Source: the human T2T-CHM13v2.0 reference genome, Homo sapiens. Taken from it: a stretch of 64,000 bases of DNA. The notes under the pieces were generated by a model. It was not told where the DNA came from. It worked only from the letters and a program-made list of their open reading frames with translations, and did not search any database. The DNA is taken from the NCBI RefSeq assembly GCF_009914755.1, contig NC_060948.1; one strand, written 5' to 3'. Positions 56,520-64,000 of this stretch are shown here, in pieces. Each line of letters opens with the position of its first letter. Positions within the stretch are counted from its first letter, which is position 1. The position numbers and the translations under genes were made by a program.

Positions 56520-58032
56520 CTGAAAAGAAAGGTTCCAGAAAAAAATGAATACGGTAAACCATTTTTTTAAAATTAGAAAGAAATATAATTCTGAATATAA
56601 CAAAAATAGGTAAAATATTGTTTTTCTACATACAATAATGCAGAATTCTAAATGAATGACTGACTTTATGAAGAAAGAAAGATTCTATGACAAGTGCTAC
56701 ACTTTGGGAGTGAAGGGGGAACTAATGACAAAAGAATTGACTATTTCACCAAAGTTTACCTTATACTGTGTACTTATTCACACCCAGAAGTTATTTCTTA
56801 CACTGGTGGTAAGGCTCCATTAAGAGAGATTGCAAGGTAAGTTAAATTAATACATTTGCTATTTCCCTGTCAGAATATTTCTAGACTGTTTTGTATCAGA
56901 CAATATTATAGGACAATATATAGTTTGACAGATGTTATGGCTTTGTCTGTACTTCATTACGAAAAACTAAGTGCAGTCTATAATCCAATACTGGACAAGA
57001 GAAAGTATAATGTCTTATATGTTTCAAAAAATTTTTATTATCTGAAAACATACAGGTAGCAGCATACATGAATACACCCAGATTCAGTAATCGCTCACAG
57101 TAAATGACAGAAACAAGTAAGGCTTTTTTTCTAGCCATTGTTCAGAGAAGGAAAAAGAAGAGGTATACCATACATGTTTCAAGTACATGGAAAATATCAC
57201 GAAATTAGAGACAACCGCAGAACTATTTCACTATTATTTTGTTACTACATTTTCCATCAAAGAAAATGTCTTTTAAGCTAACACATCAATGAAATGAACT
57301 AAGAAGAATATAAACGTTATTTATCAACAGTAAGTGATAGAGTATGTCAAACCCTACTTTAAATATCAATGTCACCAGGATCAGAGAAATTAGATGCCAG
57401 AAACTCAAGCGGTTTATATATATATACTAAATCACATCAGAAATCTACCCATTCCAGAACCAGAATATATCCAGAAGTCAGCAATTTATATGAGGAGGCA
57501 TCTGGAAATCATTTCAAATAAAGGATAGCTAGATGAATTGCTAAACTTACGGAAGAATAAAGTAGGCAGACACATAAGGAGAGCTGCTTTCATTCACTTT
57601 AGGAACTGCTTATACGGGGGAAAGCTGCTCTGGTGATTTGCAGGTAATACTCTCCTTTACTTCTATTCTTATTTAAGCATAATTAACAGCAAAGCATTTC
57701 TGTTTCTCTTCTATAAATTTACTACTGCTGGTAAAGCCAGAGGCAGATTCTATGCAGCTACATGCTAATTCTAAAGTCACGTGAATATTACCTTTCTTTG
57801 ATTATATAGTCTATCATTATGTGGAGCTGCCATTGCTTAAGCACATAAAACCCTGAGGGCAAAAAAGGCACTGTTGCTGCCATGGGAGTTTATACTCGGG
57901 TTAACAAGAAAGTAACAACAACAACAACAAACATTAATATAGAGAGTCACTTAAAAATATTTATAGGCATATATGACATGGAAAAAAAATCAAGAATGAA
58001 CAGGAAGTCTATGTTTGGCTAATTCCCTTAAC

Positions 58033-58083
58033 GTCAAGGACAACATAATCCCTTTGCTCCCCAACAGGCCCCTAAGGTGGCAT
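58033..58083 (-). pseudogene. Vestigial exon 8 copy with TAG at codon 4
   Basis: Identical to 53276-53326. Confidence 0.85.
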
Positions 58084-58827
58084 CTTTAAAAAAAAAAAAA
58101 AAAAAAGGAAACCAAAACTATTAAACTATTCCTACATATTTTCAAACACACATGAGAAACACAGTATTGAAGTACTTATTCCGCTGTCTCCTTTTTTATT
58201 ATAATAAAAGTAACAGAAAGGAAAACTTAAGTACTTTATGTTTCTTGTCCATGACATTCTTGTTACTTTAAATTTGAATCTTCACCTTTCTCCAAATTTT
58301 TGGGAGTTGGCAATGTGGAAACCTCAAAAATACTAGCTCTTTCAGTTTATTACCATAGATATAGTTATGGGTCATAGATATACTTGTATCTATGAGAAGA
58401 GATCCTGAGAATGACTACCGTCAAACAGCCAGCTAAAATGAAAATATAATTGGAATTCTGTGCTCTGAAAAGTGGATCATAATTTTATTTCACTCTATCT
58501 CCCTAAAAAAATTCATGAAAGTCAGTTTGGATGTTTCATTCAGCTATTTGACAGCAAAGATGAAAACTATATCCACAAATGAAGAAGGGGACACCAAATC
58601 TCAGAAATCTCTTCTACACAAATGTTATTGCCAAGGATATTCCTGTAAAAATATTACTTCATTACTTCTAAATAAGACAGAGGTCTTCATTCTACACTAA
58701 GTCTTTCCTTAAATTTTAGGGACACTTCACTAGTTAAAAATGACCAACTATTCAGGAAATTTCTATAAACAAGTTAAAGGCCTCAATAATACCTGAAAGC
58801 AAACCATTTTACTACCTCTTACATTAC

Positions 58828-58899
58828 CTGATAATTGTATACAGGCAACTGATATCCAGTGGTGACCTGAACTGGTGAATTTGGATAAGCAGGAAATGC
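58828..58899 (-). CDS. DAZ: DAZ-repeat exon 7 copy: AFPAYPNSPVQVTTGYQLPVYNYQ
   Basis: 72 nt, canonical AG/GT, phase 0. Confidence 0.95.
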
Positions 58900-60406
58900 C
58901 TGAAAAGGTTGCAGAAAAAATGAATATGGTAAACCACATTTTAAAATTAGAAAGAAATATAATTCCCAATATAAGAAAAATATTACAAAACGGAAAATAT
59001 CCTTTTTCTACATACAACAATGCAGAATTCCAAATGAATGACTTTATGAGGAAAGAAAGATTCTATGTCAAGTGCTACACTTTGGGTGTGAAGGGGGAAC
59101 AAATGACAAAGAACTGACTACTTCACCAAAATTTACCTTATACTGTGTACTTATTCACACCCAGAAATTATGTCTTACACTGGTGATAAGGTTCCACTAA
59201 GACAGATTGCAATGTAAGGTAAATCAATACATTTGCAATTTCGCTGTAAGAATATTTCCAGACTGTTTTGTATCAGACAATATTGTAGGGTAATATGTAG
59301 TTCTATAGATGTTATGGCTTTGTCTGTATTTCATTCCAAAAAACTAATTGCAGTCTATATTCCAATACTGGAGAATAAAAAGTATAATGTCTGACATGTT
59401 TCAACAAATTCTTATTGTTTGAAAACATACAGGTAGCAGCATACATGAATACACCCAGAATCACTAATGCCTCACAGTAAACGAGAGAAACAAGTAGGGC
59501 TTTTTTTCTAGCCATGGTTCAGAGAAGGAAAAAGAAGAGGTATACCATACATGTTTCAAGTACATGGAAAATATCAACAAATTAGAGACACAGCAGAACG
59601 ATTTCACTATTATTTCATTACTTCATTTTCTGTCAAAGAAAATGTCTTTTAAGCTAACACATCAATGAAATGAACTAAGAAGAAAATAAACGATATTTAT
59701 CAACAGTAAGTGACACACTATGTCAAACCCTACTTTAAATATCAATGTAACCACGATCAGAGAAATTACATGCCAGAAACTCACCGGGTTTATATATATA
59801 TACTAAACCACGTCAGAAATCTGCCCATTCCAGAACCAGAATATATCCAGAAGTCAGCCATTTATATGAGGAGGCATGTGGCAATCATTTCAAATAAAGG
59901 ATAGCTAGATAAACTGCTAAACTTACCGAAGAATAAAGTAGGCAGACACATAAGGAGAGCTGCTTTCATTCACTTTAGGAACTGCTTATAAGGGGGAAAG
60001 CAGCTCCGGTGAGTTGGAGGTAATACTCTCCTTTACTCCTATTCTTATTTAGGCGTCATTAACAGCAAAGCATTTCTGTTTCTCTTCTATAAATTTTCTA
60101 CTGCTGGTAAAGCCAGAGGCATATTCTGTGCAGACACATGCTAATTCTAAAGTCACGTGAATACTCCCTTTCTTTGATTATATAGTCTATCATTATGTAG
60201 ACCTGCCATTGCTTAAGCACATAAAAACCTGAGGACAAAAAAGGCACTGTTGCTGCCATGGGAGTTTATAATCGGGTTAACAAGAAGGAAACAACAACAA
60301 AAAAAACATTAACATAAAAAGTCACTTAAAAATATTTGTAGGCATATATGACATGGAAAAAAATCAAGAATGAACAGGAAGTCTATGTTTGGCTAATTCC
60401 CTTAAC

Positions 60407-60457
60407 GTCAAGGACAACATAATCCCTTTGCTACCCAACAGGCCCCTAAGGTGGAAT
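60407..60457 (-). pseudogene. Vestigial exon 8 copy with TAG at codon 4
   Basis: Identical to 55650-55700. Confidence 0.85.
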
Positions 60458-61204
60458 CTTAAAAAATCAATCAATAAATAAAAGGAAACCAAAACTATTG
60501 AAGTATTACTACACATTTTCAAAAACACATGAGAAACACAATATTAAAGTACTTATCCTGCTGTCTCCTTTTTTATTGTAATAAAAGTAACAGAAAGGAA
60601 AACTCAAATACTTTATGTTTCTAGTCCATGACATTCTTGTTACTTTTACATTGGAAACTTCAGCTTTCTCCACATTTTCGGGATTTCGCAATGTGGAAAC
60701 CTCAAAGATACTAGCTCTTTCAGTTTATTACCGTAGATATAATTATGGGTCACAGATACACTTGTATCTATGAAAAGAGATCCAGAGCATTACTATCGTC
60801 AAACAGCCAGCTAAAATGAAAATGTAATTGGGATTCTGTGCTCTGAAAAGTGCAGCATAATTTTATTTCAGTCTATCTCCCTAAGAAAATTCATGAAAGA
60901 CACTTTGGACGTTTCATTTAGCTATTTGACAGTAAAGATGAAAACTACATCCAGAAATGAAGAAGAGAACACCAAATCTCAGAAATCTGTTCTACAGAAA
61001 AGTTATTGCCAAGTATATTCCTGTCAAAATACTACCTCATTATTCTAAATAACACAGAGGTCTTCATTCTACACTAAGTGTTTCCTTAAATTTTAGGTAC
61101 AATTCACTAGTTTAAAATGAGCAACTATTCAGGAAATTTGTATGAACAAGTTAAAGGCCTCAATAATACCTAAAAGCAAATCATTTTACTCCCTCTGACA
61201 TTAC

Positions 61205-61276
61205 CTGATAATTGTATACAGGGAACTGATATCCAGTGGCGACTTGAAATGGTGAATTTGGATAAGCAGGAAATGC
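61205..61276 (-). CDS. DAZ: DAZ-repeat exon 7 copy: AFPAYPNSPFQVATGYQFPVYNYQ
   Basis: 72 nt, cag|GCATTT...TATCAG|gtaatg. Confidence 0.95.
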
Positions 61277-62782
61277 CTGAAAAGAAAGGTTCCAGAAAAA
61301 AATGAATACGGTAAACCATTTTTTTAAAATTAGAAAGAAATATAATTCTGAATATAACAAACATAGGTAAAATATTGTTTTTCTACATACAATAATGCAG
61401 AATTCTAAATGAATGACTGACTTTATGAAGAAAGAAAGATTCTATGACAAGTGCTACACTTTGGGAGTGAAGGGGGAACTAATGACAAAAGAATTGACTA
61501 TTTCACCAAAGTTTACCTTATACTGTGTACTTATTCACACCCAGAAGTTATTTCTTACACTGGTGGTAAGGCTCCATTAAGAGAGATTGCAAGGTAAGTT
61601 AAATTAATACATTTGCTATTTCCCTGTCAGAATATTTCTAGACTGTTTTGTATCAGACAATATTATAGGACAATATATAGTTTGACAGATGTTATGGCTT
61701 TGTCTGTACTTCACTACGAAAAACTAAGTGCAGTCTATAATCCAATACTGGACAAGAGAAAGTATAATGTCTTATATATTTCAAAAAATTTTTATTATCT
61801 GAAAACATACAGGTAGCAGCATACATGAATACACCCAGATTCAGTAATCGCTCACAGTAAATGACAGAAACAAGTAAGGCTTTTTTTCTAGCCATTGTTC
61901 AGAGAAGGAAAAAGAAGAGGTATACCATACATGTTTCAAGTACATGGAAAATATCACGAAATTAGAGACAACCGCAGAACTATTTCACTATTATTTTGTT
62001 ACTTCATTTTCCATCAAAGAAAATGTCTTTTAAGCTAACACATAAATAAAACGAACTAAGAAGAATATAAAGGTTAGTTATCAACATTAAGTGATGGAGT
62101 ATGTCAAACCCTACTTTAAATATCAGTGTAACCAGAATCAGAGAAATTAGACGCCAGAAGCTCACGGGGTTTATATATATACTAAACCACATCAGAAATC
62201 TACCCATTCCAGAAGAAGAATATTTCCAGAAGTCAGCAATTTATATGAGGAGGCATCCGGAAATCATTTCAAATAAAGAATAGCTAGATGAACTGCTAAA
62301 CTTACCAAAGAATAAAGTAGGCAGACACATAAGGGGAGCTGCTTTCATTCACTTTAGGAACTGGTTATAAGGGGGAAAGCAGCTCCGGTGATTTGGCGGT
62401 AATACTCTCGTTTACTCCTATTCTCATTTAAGCGTCATTAACAGCAAAGCATTTCTGTTTCTCTTCTATAAATATTCTATTGCTGGTAAAGCCAGAGGCA
62501 GATTCTATGCAGATACATGCTAATTGTAAAGTCACATGAACACTACCTTTCTTTGATTATATAGTCTGTCATTATATGGACCTGCCATTGCTTAACCACA
62601 TAAAAACCTGAGGGCAAAAAAGGCACTCTTGCTCCCATGGGAGTTTATAATCGGGTTAACAAGAAAGTAACAACAACAAAAAAATTAATATAAAGAATCA
62701 CTTAAAAATATTTATAGGCATATATGACATGGAAAAAAATCAAGAATGAACAGGAAATCTATGTTTGGCTAATTCACTTAAC

Positions 62783-62832
62783 GTCAAGGACAACATAATC
62801 CTTTGCTCCCCAACAGGACCTTATGGTGGCAT
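62783..62832 (-). pseudogene. Vestigial exon 8 copy (50 nt) with TAA at codon 4
   Basis: taag|ATGCCACCATAA...|gttaag. Confidence 0.85.
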
Positions 62833-63600
62833 CTTAAAAAAAAAAAAGAAAGAAAAAGAAAGAAAAAAAAAGGACACCGAAACTATTATATGTATTCCTA
62901 AACATTTTCAAAAACACATGAGAAATACAACATTGAAGTACTTATCCGGCTGTCTCCTTTTTCATTATAATAAAAGTAACAGAAAGGAAAACTTAAGTAC
63001 TTTATGTTTCTAGTCCATGACATTCTTGTTACTTTTATATTGGAAACTTCACCTTTCTCCAAATTTTCGGGAGTTGGCAACGTGGAAACCTCAAAGATAC
63101 TACCTCTTTCAGTTTCTTACCATAGATGTAATTATGGGTCATAGATATACTTGTATCTATGAAAAGAGATCCAGAGCATTACTATCTTCAAACAGCCAGC
63201 TAAAATGAAAATGTAATTGGGATTCTGTGCTCTGAAAAGTGCAGCATAAATTTATTTCACTCTATCTCCCTAAGAAAATTCATGAAAGTCAGTTTGGATG
63301 TTTCATTCAGCTATTTCACAGTAAAGATGAAAACTGCATCCAGAAATAAAGAAGAGAACACCACATCTCAGAAATCTCTTCTACAGAAAAGTTATTGCCA
63401 AGTATATTCCTCTCAAAATACTACTTCATTACTTCTAAATAAGACAGAGGTCTTCATTCTACACTACTTCTACGTGTTTCCTTAAATTTTAGGTACACTT
63501 CACTAATTTAAAATGACCAGCTATTCAGGAAATTTGTATAAACAAGTTGAATGCCTCAATAATACCTGAAAGTAAATCATTTTACTCCTTCTTACATTAC

Positions 63601-63672
63601 CTGATAATTATATACAGGCAACTGATATCCAGCAGTGACCTGAAATGGTGAACTTGGATAAGCAGGAAATGG
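63601..63672 (-). CDS. DAZ: DAZ-repeat exon 7 copy: PFPAYPSSPFQVTAGYQLPVYNYQ
   Basis: 72 nt, ttttcag|CCATTT...TATCAG|gtaatg; the peptide is visible inside ORF 63592..63798. Confidence 0.95.
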
Positions 63673-64000
63673 CTGAAAAGAAAGGTTGCAGAAAAAAATG
63701 AATATGGTAAACCACTTTTTAAAATTACAAAGAAACATAATTCCCAATATAACAAAAATATTACAAAAGGTAAAATATCCTTTTTCTACGTACAACAATG
63801 CAGAATTCCAAATGAATGACTGACTTTATGAAGAAAGAAAGATTCTAGGTCAAGTGCTACACTATGGGTGTGAAGGGGGAACAAATGACAAAATTGACTA
63901 CTTCACCAAAGTTTACCTTATACTGTGTACTTATTCACACCCAGACGTTATTTCTTACACTGGTGGTAAGGCTCCATTAAGAGAGATTGCAAGGTAAGTT

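Larger units (their letters stand above)
52460..62002. repeat. Higher-order 4757-bp dimer duplication within the DAZ array
   Basis: Constant 4757 offset of exons and identical ORF translations (53758/58515, 54006/58763, 54555/59312, 55752/60509). Confidence 0.93.

Overview
This is primate, almost certainly human, Y-chromosome AZFc DNA containing the 3' half of a DAZ (Deleted in AZoospermia) gene on the minus strand. The RRM-coding 5' exons lie beyond the right edge. From about 40.7 kb to the end is the ~2.4-kb DAZ tandem array. Each intact unit carries a 72-nt DAZ-repeat exon 7 and a copy of exon 8. Six in-frame repeat exons are readable, followed by a 35-nt exon 8, a frame-shifted seventh repeat exon, a vestigial DAZL exon 9, exon 10 (stop codon) and a ~1.85-kb 3'UTR exon ending near 33.0 kb. 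A full-length, inactivated L1PA2/3-like LINE sits antisense inside the array and replaced about 1 kb, including one repeat exon. A near-identical 4757-bp dimer duplication is also present. Positions 1-33 kb are intergenic and dense in old L1, Alu, LTR and DNA-transposon remnants. The most interesting observation is that exon 8 acts as a reading-frame switch: the ancestral DAZL-frame C-terminus (exons 9, 10, 11) is still open and would be restored by skipping exon 8. All calls were made by eye, and repeat subfamily names are approximate.
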